A stretch of DNA of 63,829 bases, filler included, from Octopus bimaculoides (Eukaryota), in assembly GCF_001194135.2 (NCBI RefSeq). It is 4 parts of 4 records of this genome, joined end to end, with 100 filler letters (N's around TTAATTAATTAA, not from the genome) between each part and the next. Parts side by side here need not be neighbours in the genome. Positions count along the whole stretch, not along the records: positions 1 to 27,585 come from NC_068986.1; 3 more parts are not named here. One strand, given 5' to 3'. This document shows, piece after piece, positions 1 through 10,655 of this stretch. The position numbers and the translations under genes are program-made. Numbering within the stretch: the stretch's first letter is position 1; each line of letters starts with the position of its first letter. The notes beneath the pieces were generated by a model. It was given only the letters and a program-made list of their open reading frames with translations. It was not told the origin of the DNA and made no database searches.

Positions 1-305
1 GCAAACATTGTGTTTATTTTTCAAGGGAATAATTTAAAAGTAACACCAAATCATAAATTCGTGCATATTTATATATTCACTCAATTTATAATTAAAAAAG
101 AAATGAGGTTTGTGGAAAATTAAACAAATGTATGAAAACTTATCTAATTTATGATAATTTGTCAATATTTTTAAGTTTCCGTTTTATACAAATTTTGAGG
201 TTTCCTAAAGCCTATTCAACAAACTAGTGCATCTTATTTTTGAGAGTGTTTCCTAAAACTAATAACTTGATGACTAGTGATATAATTTCTTTAATGCTTA
301 CTTAG

Positions 306-486
306 ATGGCTATTTGGAAAATGTGGTGATCAGAACATAAAAGATCGAAAGAAGGAGAAGGAGAACTCGGCATTAAAATTTGAAGATATGATGGGTTTAT
401 TTATTGTCATGGCAGCAAGTGCAGCAATTGCAGTTCTCTTTGAAATACTGCGGCAAATTCACATCTACATTCAGACACACTGCAAG
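306..486 (+). CDS. Penultimate coding exon of an ionotropic glutamate receptor-family (iGluR/IR) subunit: end of S2 ligand-binding lobe, pre-M4 and M4 helix
   Basis: ttag| acceptor at 304-305 and AAG|gtaac donor at 487. Translates WLFGKCGDQNIKDRKKEKENSALKFEDMMGLFIVMAASAAIAVLFEILRQIHIYIQTHCK. The W-x-x-G-x-C ... SAL-x-F-E-D-M-x-G-L-F ... hydrophobic ... FE layout matches iGluR S2 end/M4 (cf. AMPA SALSLSNVAGVF, GluN1 LTFENMAGVF). Missed by the ORF track. Confidence 0.8.
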
Positions 487-1117
487 GTAACATAAATATT
501 TTTTTAATTCAAAAATTCAGCCAACCTTACATCGAATTACAAATTCATAATTCCCCCGTCAATATATTCATCCGTTGAAACCTTTCCGCTTATCAGCACA
601 ACCATTCAAGTATCCATTGTTTCATTAGCATTTTTCTCAGCTTTTAGTTCTTCGCTACACTTTTATCACTTGTTTTTAGAATAACTAGAACATTTTGAAG
701 GGTGACTGATTGGGGAACAAGCACACATGGTCCATGGTCAGCGCAGCATGTCTTCTTCAGTTCTAAAAAAAATTGATCATTGTTTCAATTGATTTGAGAA
801 AATATTTTCTAAATTTTATCGGACTAAAAATGTTTAAAGATTTTTAGTCTATAACCTAATTTTGTGAGAGTCTATCAAGAAATACTTCAGTTAGGGTTAC
901 GGATAATCGTTCGATTGGAGAGAAAAAGTAAGAAATACCATACGAGGTGAAGCTCATATAACATTGCAGTTTGTAGAAAAAGAAAATCTTGAACTTTGCT
1001 GTGAGCATGCTAATATGTATAGTTTATATAAATCTTGTTTATTTTCTTTCCAAAAAAAAAAAAAAAAAACATTAAAAATGCAATATATATTTTTAATCTT
1101 TAATATTTTTCTTTCAG

Positions 1118-1189
1118 ACTAAACCAAACTTTTACCAGAGAGAGGTAAAGGAAAGGGAGTTAGAAATCAACGAGGAAAGATTCTTATAA
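1118..1189 (+). CDS. Probable terminal coding exon of the iGluR-family gene
   Basis: Polypyrimidine tract + tttcag| acceptor at 1116-1117; phase 0 matches the upstream donor; TKPNFYQREVKERELEINEERFL-stop (TAA 1187-1189); AATAAA follows. Confidence 0.6.
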   Translation, partial: TKPNFYQREVKERELEINEERFL

Positions 1190-1218
1190 TTTGGTAACTA
1201 GACATCTCAGTTGGAACC

Positions 1219-1260
1219 AATAAAAGCAAACAGTGAAAATTGCTTCAGAAAAACAATAAA
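1219..1260 (+). terminator. Candidate polyadenylation signals of the iGluR-family gene
   Basis: AATAAA at 1219-1224 and 1255-1260, shortly after the stop; weak by itself in AT-rich DNA. Confidence 0.35.
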
Positions 1261-2171
1261 TATCTCTTCATTTCACCGATGTTATATTTAATATGGTGCA
1301 AATATTGATGGAATTAAAAAAACAGATATTCTGTCTGATTCATGTTTGGCTAATAAATATCACTAAGCAGTCTAATGGGGTGAAAATTATATCGCCACTT
1401 TCAAAGGTGTAATTACATTGTTTCTTGTCTTTGTGATAAAGTAATAGAATTTTATTTAAAGATTCGCTTCGCTTCTTTTCATTTTTCACGCATCAGTTTT
1501 GGGCGCAAGATTAATAAATTTTAACTCTGGTCCTCACCTCAGAATTATATCAAAATTGTTTCAACGGCACGGAGCTTCAAGACTTCTTATATTCTGTGGT
1601 ATGATACATGAAGAAAAATTGTAAGGAGAGGAGCGAAGATATATTGCATAAATATAAGTTTTGAACTGTCTAAATTAATCTTTCTGAAGAGTTCAGTCAG
1701 AAACAAATGATGCAATAGAGAAGAAATCTTTGCGTATATAGGTAGTGAGCATGCATGCATATATACATACATACAAACATACATACATACATACACACAC
1801 ACGTAGACATATATTCATGTAAATGGTTAAATGGTTGATTTTATAAATGAGAGAAAGGGAAATGCATAATAAAGAAAAGCTTTATATNNNNNNNNNNNNN
1901 NNNNNNNNNNNNNNNNNNNNNNNNNNNNNNNNNNNNNNNNNNNNNNNNNNNNNNNNNNNNNNNNNNNNNNNNNNNNNNNNNNNNNNNNNNNNNNNNNNNN
2001 NNNNNNNNNNNNNNNNNNNNNNNNNNNNNNNNNNNNNNNNNNNNNNNNNNNNNNNNNNNNNNNNNNNNNNNNNNNNNNNNNNNNNNNNNNNNNNNNNNNN
2101 NNNNNNNNNNNNNNNNNNNNNNNNNNNNNNNNNNNNNNNNNNNNNNNNNNNNNNNNNNNNNNNNNNNNNNN

Positions 2172-2218
<47 letters not shown>

Positions 2219-2509
2219 CATGTATATGTGTTACACATGTATATGTGTTCTTTGTTTCCTACTAAAGTGATGCGTTTGCCGTGCTTTTCTTCCTTGTCTG
2301 GAACGAACTGATATTGGTATCATTGGTATCGGGGTCCTTCTCGTCTCCGTTCTCCACATGCGGCAGAAAGGAACTGAGTCTTACTGTTGTTTGTGCCATC
2401 TAGAAACAACAATATATAGAATGAGAGTGAGTATCATCGACACACACACACACACACACACACACACANNNNNNNNNNACACATATATAGCTTGTAACTA
2501 AATATGATA

Positions 2510-3315
2510 CAGTCGAGCTTCATTTAACGTCGTTGATATGTACTTCAAAAGAAAAGCGGCGTAAAGCGAAACGAACTTCATCATTTGTTCAACTAGCAAG
2601 AGTTACGTTTCTATGATATATTCTTATTGTACATTCCTAGTCAAAAACATCTAGAACCTTCAAACGTAAAACACCTACAATTAAAAAATGCTAGAAATAA
2701 CTTTCAGAGATTAATAACTAAAAAGCTCAATAGGATAATAATTTAATTCATGAACGAATCTTAGGTTTGCTTCGTGAAATATTTTCCATCTGTTCATATA
2801 ATTCCTTGCAACGCGTGTATTCAATTATTATTAACCTGTTTGATTATGAACTGCTTTATCTTTGAGTATTTTTTACAACGAAAATGGCCAAAGCTATCTG
2901 AAACTGAAAATCTCAGACAAGTCTTCAGTTTCGAGGTAGTTTTGCATCTTCACTTTTATCATCTTATTTAGAGCGATGCTGTTCTATCTCCGTGAAGTCT
3001 TCTTTACATATAACTTCACCACGAGATTCAAGTACCTTTAATGTATTATATTTTAGATATTATCTTACCTTAAAAGGTTTGCCTCTTTGTATACAGTAGA
3101 TTCACAAAGACTATAATGTAGAGGACTTTTGTAAAATAAATTCATTTATTTATTTTTATTTTACTGAATTTTGAATGCAGCACGTTACAAAAAAAAAAGA
3201 AAACAAAACAATCAAACAAAACTTCAGTTAGACAGGCATACGCAAATATTTAGTTTGATTATATATTATTTCGCGTCGACTTTAGAACGAAACGACGTTA
3301 AGTGAATACTGCCTG
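2510..3315 (-). mobile_element. Non-autonomous pogo/Tigger-like DNA transposon relic
   Basis: TA-flanked imperfect TIRs: ta|cagtcgagcttcatttaacgtcgtt at left and aacgacgttaagtgaatactgcctg|ta at right. Internal minus-strand decayed text (..CKELYEQM..) resembles a Tigger transposase C-terminus. Confidence 0.55.
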
Positions 3316-3596
3316 TACTTGATCATACTTTGGTAACAGAAATGGAAGTTAATATGATATCTTGAATTAATATGACATCTTGATATCTCGTATCGTATAA
3401 ATTTCTAGTTCGCAACACTGAATCATTTTACGACACTCTAATTCGAATGTAGTCCAGATAGTAATCTCTTAATTTTAACTATAGTTTTCTATTAATGTAA
3501 TGCTGAATATATCTATACAGTGTTACATTTTGCTATACTATCATACACAACATTCTATTATTTTGAACTGTTACTGTTAATACACTGCCAGTCTAA

Positions 3597-3970
3597 GGGC
3601 AGCGAGCTGGCAGAATCGTTAGCAAACGAGACAAATGCTAAACGGCATTTTTCTGATTTACTTCTGAGTTCGAAGGCCGCGGAGTCGGCTTTCCCTTTCA
3701 TCCTTTCAGTCGAGTACTGGAGGTCATTTATTCAACAACCCCTTCCATGAATACTGCTGGCCTTGTACCAAAATTAGAAAGAATTATTGATATATTGCCT
3801 CTGTAAGGCAGCGAGCTGGGAGAATCACTTATGGGTCGGACAAATCGCTTTGCGGCATTTCCTCCGGTTCTTTATATGTTAAGCTCAAATCCCATCTTTC
3901 ATTCTTTCGAGAATCGATGAAACAAATTATCAGTCAACTATGGGCCTTGTCCCAAAATTTAAATGAATTA
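3597..3970 (+). mobile_element. Two adjacent decayed tRNA-derived SINEs (family A)
   Basis: Heads ggcagcgagctggcagaatcgttagc (3597) and aaggcagcgagctgggagaatc (3805), B-box-like gagttcgaa/gctcaaatc, shared tail ggccttgt.ccaaaatt; homologous to the copies at 5.3-7.2 kb. Confidence 0.75.
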
Positions 3971-5300
3971 ATAATGCAGTGCTCCGTATAGTTTTGAGTT
4001 ATCCACATTAAAGGAAATATTACTTTAGTGTTTTTAATAGCTCGGTACAAGTAATAGAAACTAGGAATTTATTTTATTATAAAATATATCAATTTACCGT
4101 TCTATTTGAGGTTTTATTTTCACAGATCTGAAATGATTAAAAAAAAAAGCAGCATTAAGAAAGAATACGAAAACCTGAGCATCAAGCTAGATTAATATAA
4201 ATTTTTATAACAAAAATTGATGAATGCAATATTACCACAAAACATTTTAAAACACATTTCATAACTATTCGCAGTATCATAATTCATTTATAATATGACC
4301 AGTCTTATTCTCCCTAAGCTCTCAGGCTGTCGGCACTTGCTTTTACTTCCATTTCTATTTCATATTTATTCATACTTAGGTACTAATTGGATTTATGGTA
4401 TTTAAGTTCGTATATCTATCTCTTTCTAATAATCTTGATAATAGCAAATGGGAATTATCTTTCCACTTTTATATCTCATTAAATATAAGCTGATTCTTCG
4501 AGCTAAGAATAAAGATAATTGCTATCTTTTATCAATATAATCTACACTCCTATATCATAAAATCTATGAAAAATGACGCAAAATCAGAAAGCAGTTTTAA
4601 AATTAGGAAATATTCCAAAGTGAACTCACCATACAATCACATTTTTGCCAAGAAAATGAGTATAAAGGAAAAATAGATAAGAACAAATGCTATTTATCGT
4701 AGTGTTCTTCTACTACGGAAAATAACGACGAAAAATTATTTGGAGAAATAAAGTGGTGAAATAACAGGTATATCTTATTTGGACATTAAGAACAAAGAAG
4801 ATGTAGTGTAAAGATCTGTGTGACAGACATGCTAGCAATATATTTAAATGGGAATGTGTGGTGTATAATTACTGCTGGATAGGAGTGATATCTGCAGTTA
4901 TTTCTGTAGCAACTAATTAGCCGTATCACTGTCCTTTAGCAGTAAATATCACAAAGATAATTTTTCCTACCATATTTTCTTAGCTCCACCTTCTTTACGA
5001 ATCCCTAATCACACCTATATTAATAAGTGATGATCATTTGAATTAAAATCGAAACTACGGGATCTTCAGTATGTCAGCAAATTTTATGTGATTGTTGCTG
5101 AATGCAGTAAACTGATTAATGTTTTAATATACTCGTATGGAAAGAAGGAATCTATTTGTTTTCCTTCGATTGGTTGAGGTATAAAACATAGTTTGAAATA
5201 GATAATAAACTAAGATCAAGCACGTACACTTCAAGTTTTTCTAGAAAACTGGTTGTCGTAAAGTTCTCATCTTAAATAATTTTAATATCAAACGAAAAGA

Positions 5301-6100
5301 AGGTGGCGAGATAGTAGAATCGTTAGTACGCCGGACAAAATGCTTAGCTGCATTTTGATCTGCCTTTAAGTTCTGAGTTCAAATGCCGCCGAGATGGACT
5401 TTGCCTTTCATCCTTTCGGGGTCGATAACATAAGTACTAGTTGAACACGGTAATCTATGTAATTGATTTAGTTGAACACTGGAATCTATGTAATTGATTT
5501 AGTTGAACACTGGGATCGATGTAATTGATATAGTTGAACACTGGAATCTATGTAATTGATTTAGTTGAACACTGGGATCGATGTAATCGACTTATCTCTC
5601 CCCCAAATTGCTGGCCTTGTGCCAAAATTTGAAATCAATATTAAAAGAAAAGAAGGCAGCGAGCTGGCAAAATGATTAGTAGGACACAAAATTTTTAGCG
5701 ATATGTCGTCCGTCTTTATGTTCTGAGTTCAAATTCAGCCGAGTTTGACTTTGTCAGTCATCCTTTCGGAGTCGATAATATAAGTACCGGTTGAGTACTG
5801 AGGTCGATGTAATCGACTAAAACCCTTCCGTACAACTGCTGGCTTTGAAACCAATATTGAAAGAAAAGTTAAAGTGATGACCTGGCAGTATCGTTAGCAC
5901 GCCGGTGAAATACTTAGCAGCACTTCTTCTGTCTATATGTTCTGAGTTCAAATTCTGCCGAGATCGACTTTGCCTTTCATCTATTCAGGGTCGATTAAAT
6001 AAGTACCAGTTGAACACTGAGATCGATGTAACCCATTTATCTCCTTTCCCGAAATTGCTGGCCTTGTGCCGAAATTTGAAACCAATATTAAAAGAAAAGT
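5301..6100 (+). mobile_element. Three head-to-tail family A SINEs
   Basis: Units start at ~5301, ~5654 and ~5872. Each has an A-box-like head, ttctgagttcaaat (B box), gactttgcctttcatc, and a tail ending ttgaaa.caatatt.aaagaaaag. Confidence 0.85.
5438..5592 (+). repeat. 31-bp tandem repeat x5 inside a SINE
   Basis: Unit tagttgaacactgg(a/g)atc(t/g)atgtaattgatt at 5438, 5469, 5500, 5531 and 5562; no spacers. Confidence 0.95.
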
Positions 6101-6593
6101 TCTGTCAGTATAAAAATAATATGGCAGGACTGTGATAGCGTTTCGGAGCTTCTTATTCTAAAGATAGAGAGCCTGTTTCTAGACATTATTTAGTTATAAG
6201 GTAGGAATAGAAAAAAATAAACGAAAAAATATGTCTTTACCTGAGTATTATAACGTGGCTGATCAATATCTAAACTGTTTTTCTTTCTAGAAAACAAAAG
6301 TAAACAAACCATTAAATTGAAATCTACAATAACTAAAACAATGTTTCTATTAATTTCGATATAAACACCCTTTATTCATTAGTATACAATTTCTAAAATA
6401 AATCACAAATTATTTTACCAGTACTATTACTTATTGATCCCCTAGAGAACAATAGACAAGGTCTGTGCCAAAGTATTAGATAACTATTTTGATGAACGAA
6501 ACAATTTCGATAATTTCTCCTATCTTCAGAAACACGTATATTTATTCCTGAATTAGTCATAGAGGAGGAGAGTCAATATCTATACTGTACATA

Positions 6594-6805
6594 AGGTGGC
6601 GAGCTGGCAGAAACGTTAGCATGCCGAGCGAACTGCTTGGTATTTCATCTGCCGTTACGTTCTGAATTCAAATTCCGCCGAGGTAGACTTTGCCTTTCAT
6701 CCTTTCGGGGTCGATAAATTCAGTACCAGTTGTGTACTGGGGTCGATGTAATCAAATGGCCCTGTCCCGCAAAATTTCGGCCCTTGTGCCTAAAGTAGAA
6801 AAGAA
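6594..6805 (+). mobile_element. Family A SINE
   Basis: aaggtggcgagctggcagaaacgttagc...ttctgaattcaaattccgccgagg...ggcccttgtgcctaaagtagaaaag. Confidence 0.85.
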
Positions 6806-6948
6806 TATCTATATTGTACATATTCCTTCCGAGACCAGTGAGATCTATGCAATTGATGTTCAGCATGAATATCTCTCAATCGACATCCACAGGGGAAAAA
6901 TGGATTGAAAGAGAATTTCAAATAAATATTACTACAGGAAGAAAAAAA

Positions 6949-7165
6949 AGGCGGCGAGCTGGCAGAATCGTTAGCACGCCGGGCGAAAAGCTTAGCGGCA
7001 TTTCGTCGTCTTTACATTCTGACTTCAAATTCCGCTATGGTCGACTTTGCCTTATCTTTTCGGGATCGATAAAATAAGTACTAGTTGAACACCGGGATCG
7101 ATGTGATCGGCTTACTCCCCTTCCCCGAAATTTCTGGCCTTGTGCCAAAATTTGAAGTTATTATT
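6949..7165 (+). mobile_element. Family A SINE (least diverged copy)
   Basis: aggcggcgagctggcagaatcgttagcacgccgggcgaaa...ggccttgtgccaaaatttgaag. Confidence 0.85.
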
Positions 7166-7715
7166 AGAAGAAAAAATTGGAAAGTAGCAAATGCAGGGGA
7201 TGATGTAATATACAGTAGGTGTGACGGAAAAAAGATTTTGTTGTGAGGTCTAGTGTTCCAGATATGGCGGGAGCACTTCCTTATTGTATATCCTTGAAAT
7301 TTGTAGAGAGTCAACATCTAATCAGCACTGAAGCATTTTCTGGTTTCAAGAAAGGAGGTTATTTTCTCTTGGCTTGTATTACATATGTGACACCACCATA
7401 AGAAATCGTCAAATAATGAATTAGTGTTTGCAAGTCTGGTTCAGTAGAATGGGTGAGATACAAGTTGGCTTTATTGACATAAACGATGAATAAGTTATTG
7501 GGAGATTTTTAGGTTGCCATGTCTCCATTCAAATACATATTTTCAGGACTTTTGTTCACAAACATCGAGGAAGTTTGGCGCGAGCTATCTTGGTTGTTTG
7601 TGGGTGAATGCAGGACGCTAAATGGAAAAGAAGGGTGCTGTTTATTTCAATGGGGAATTAAGCATTGTTAGAGGTTAATATACTGAAAGGAAAAAGTAAA
7701 GTGAATGCTTCTTAC

Positions 7716-7910
7716 TTTGAGATGACATAGAAAATGAACAGAAGTAATATTATGCCCAAGAAAATACTGACTACAGCCACAATTATTTTGTAGTTGGTGA
7801 GTTGTTTCTTTAAACTATCTATCTCTTTCACTTTGGCTACTTTACTTTGACTTTTCGTCTTGTTGGTGGTACTACTACTACTACTACTACTTCTACTACT
7901 ACTACTACTT

Positions 7911-7965
<55 letters not shown>

Positions 7966-8247
7966 CACTACTAGTAGATGTGGTTATTGTAGCAGTAGTA
8001 GTATTAGTAGTAATCCCTTTTGTAGTTGAAATGGCATTAGTAGTAGATATTTTATTCAATGCAGGTGTTGAATCTGTAATTTGGCCTCTTGTAGTAGATG
8101 ACACTTTCGCTTGAATATTTTGGCCTGTAGACATAACATTAAATTGGTATGCATCCGACCCAGATCCATCCGAATTTTCTTCTGTCTCGAACTCGACGGG
8201 AGTGGAAGATTTCAAATAGTCTGTAGTTGTTTTGTCAAGAAACGCAA
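7716..8247 (-). CDS. Internal exon of a single-pass membrane protein: acidic Ser-Gly site, Ser/Thr-rich mucin-like stalk and transmembrane helix
   Basis: Minus-strand acceptor ttttgttttgttcttttttatatacag| (CAG 8250-8248). Donor AA|gtaag at 7715; the ORF-track stop TAA is part of this donor. 532 nt, phase 1 in and phase 2 out, open throughout. Encodes EENSDGSGSD, a T/S-rich stalk, poly-Ser, and IIVAVVSIFLGIILLLFIFYVI. Confidence 0.7.
7870..7973. repeat. (ACT)n microsatellite encoding the poly-Ser tract of the minus-strand exon
   Basis: About 35 ACT units with in-frame TCT/ACC interruptions. Confidence 0.95.
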
Positions 8248-8503
8248 CTGTATATAAAAAAGAACAAAACAAAAAGTAATTGTTATTGATGAATAGAAAA
8301 CGAAAACAGCAGATGACATAAAAAATTATCAACGTATAAGTGCGTATAATATATATACAAGTATAAATGCTTTCAAGAATCGTGTATTATCAAGAGTTTA
8401 TGTACTATTAAATAAAAGACAGTCTGTTTTACTGGAGACAAGACATGGACTTGAATACATCTGCCTCAAACGGTATCATCAACACAATAGTTGCTCTTAT
8501 ATA

Positions 8504-9197
8504 CAGAGTGGCCACAAAGTCACGCACCATGGGAATATCAAGTATGCTTTATTAGCGATGAAGTAATTAATCCATTACAAATGTTCAAAGTTTTCGTTAT
8601 GTAACTCTAAACAAGTGTTCATACGGAATTTGAAATTGTGACGAACCCTCTCAAATAATTATTCATTGCCGTTGACTTGTTCATACGCTTCAATAATTCT
8701 TTGAAGAAGATGCCTTCGGTTACGAATCTTCTCAGAATACACAAGGGATTTAATGTAGCCCCAGAAGAAAACGTCTATGGAAGTTAAATCTGGTGACCGT
8801 GGTACCCATTCAGTTGGCCCGCGACGCCCGAGCCATCTTCCTGGGAAATGTTCATTCAGAAAATCACGAACCTGTAATGCATGATAGGGTGGAGCCCCAT
8901 CCTGCTGAAACCAGACAGGATTTCTCCCTGCCAAGTAAATACACGCGAGGCATCATCTTGTTGCTAAGCACGTCCAGATACAAATCACCTGTTACAGAGC
9001 CCTCAAAATAAAATGGTTCAATTACTTGATTGTGTCACATTCCACACCACACCATTAACTTTCCCCCACCTTGTTGATTATCTGCCTCCATAAAATGAGG
9101 ATTGGTTCGTGAGTAATAGCGGCAGTTGTGAAAAGAGAAAAAAGAATGTTAGCAATTTCACATATTGTACGATGGTGCGTGACTTTATGGCCACCCT

Positions 9198-9198
<1 letters not shown>
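8504..9198 (-). mobile_element. Internally deleted Tc1/mariner element, DD41D (rosa-type)
   Basis: 27-bp TIRs cagagtggccacaaagtcacgcaccat / atggtgcgtgactttatggccaccctg with TA on both sides. Transposase fragment WFQQDGAP...WVPRSPDLTSIDVFFWGYIK has 41 residues between the 2nd and 3rd Asp; upstream IEPFYFEGSVTGDLYLDVL. N-terminus and first Asp are missing. Confidence 0.9.
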
Positions 9199-9259
<61 letters not shown>

Positions 9260-9390
9260 GTGTGTGTGTGTGTGTGTGTATAATGCGTATCTATATATAT
9301 ATCTTTAACATCCTGAAATTGTTTCACCTTCAAAGCTGCGGCCATGCTGGGACACCACCGTTAATATATATATATATATATATTCATAAA

Positions 9391-9685
9391 TGTTATATTG
9401 GTGTGTCGGAAGATAAATTTAAGCACTGAAGTTTTAATCATACATCCTTCTTTAGGCATATAAATTAATAGAACACTTAAAAGTTGGACAATTATCAACT
9501 ATATCTGGAAACTTTGAGCTTCAATAAAAAATAAAATATCCTAGAAATCTCATATTTTACAAACTTGGAGGCAAAAGATGTGATCTATGTATTGCAAAGT
9601 AAAGCAAAATCCTCGAAAACCGGGTTTTAAACATTAGATCAGAGGGTTGTAGGAAATACAGATACTTTAAAAACAACTGCATAAC
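9391..9685 (+). mobile_element. Penelope-like element GIY-YIG endonuclease remnant
   Basis: Broken translation YIGVSEDKFKH*..NHTSFFRH..YIWKL*..YKLGGKRCDLCIAK*SKILENRVLNIRSEGCRKY follows the PLE pattern YIG..F K.R..NH..SFRH..LS.YIW.L..C.LC..EK..LN.RSE..CRH. Confidence 0.7.
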
Positions 9686-9775
9686 TGGTAAAGACATTTC
9701 CACCTGATTAGAACCACATATATGCTCAAACACTGATATTACTGCGTTTTAAACTGTGTTAGACCTTTTATTTTT

Positions 9776-10012
9776 CGCCATCTTTCCCATTATTCTCCTG
9801 TTATCGTTTTCTTTCTTAAGCCAGCATTTCCTTACCACCACTTTACATTCCATATTATTGCAGTTTAGTCCCCATTAATCATCCTTAACCGTTGTGTTCT
9901 TCCCCAATTTGAAATAAAAAGGTGTTTCTTCCAATTCATTCAGTAGCACACTAAAGATTTTCGGGTAGGCCACGCCCATCGGTGGAATATTCACATTTAC
10001 AGAAGCGGAAGT
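9776..10012 (-). promoter_or_regulatory. Candidate TATA-less promoter motif cluster
   Basis: ETS-type GCGGAAGT 10005-10012, Sp/KLF-type CCACGCCCA 9970-9978 and YY1/initiator-type AAGATGGCG on the minus strand at 9776-9784. Motif match only. Confidence 0.3.
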
Positions 10013-10610
10013 ATGAATATTTTTGCCAAATATTTATGTGGCCCTTAAAACCATGATAAATTATCTAGAGTTGTTTAATAAATGCATATACATTAGCTAT
10101 TTCAGAATATACAATTTGTTACTCGTTACCCTATTGCATGTAATCATTACTATCAATTCTGCAAGAGGATTCGATTACAATCTCTTAGATAAACAAACTA
10201 ATTAAGTCTATGTATTATTATATATGTAATCTTGCTCTAAAAGAATTTTACATTATATACCTAGAAAGAAAATATGGATATGACAACTGAATCACCATTT
10301 AGAATTTGTTGATCTTGTTGAAATAGTAACGGCACTTTAAATTCTGAATTCAAATCCCCGGGTTTGATACTGTGCATAACAATAATTGAGTGAGAATCGA
10401 TTCAATCTATGACATTCTCCTTAATGCATGTGTGCTTTATAAAAAAATATTATTAACAATATCTTGAACTTTAGTGCATAAAGATTTGCTGCAATTTACC
10501 TTCTGTGCGTTCTAGGATACGATTATTCATCATTTCCACTATTAGAAAGGAAAAGTAGATCTTTTGTCAATCTTCATTATCCTAAACATGCTGAGCAACT
10601 TAACGAATAA

Positions 10611-10655
10611 TACACTTATCCAAGGTATACTTATCCAAGGTATACTTATCCAAGG
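10611..10655 (+). repeat. 15-bp tandem repeat x3
   Basis: ta(c/t)acttatccaagg three times. Confidence 0.9.

Noticed and set aside
600-762. Minus-strand exon candidate inside the iGluR intron (acceptor at 763-764)
   Set aside because: The phase needed to follow the TM exon gives only KTEEDMLR-stop; other frames have no recognisable motif; cannot be supported.
5438-5592. CRISPR-like array of ~31-bp repeats
   Set aside because: Units are contiguous with no unique spacers, lie inside a SINE, and there are no cas genes; eukaryotic context.
7712-8332. ORF-track 206-aa protein as a complete single-exon gene
   Set aside because: The N-terminal 28 codons coincide with a polypyrimidine tract/acceptor and the stop overlaps a perfect GTAAG donor; an internal exon fits better.
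9740-10050. Long minus-strand reading frame GPHKYLAK...KDD*WGLNC...
   Set aside because: In-frame stop, no family motif and no phase-compatible donor.
10516-10610. Plus-strand terminal exon candidate GYDYSSFPLLERKSRSFVNLHYPKHAEQLNE-stop
   Set aside because: Acceptor is plausible but there is no partner exon or homology; within chance expectation.
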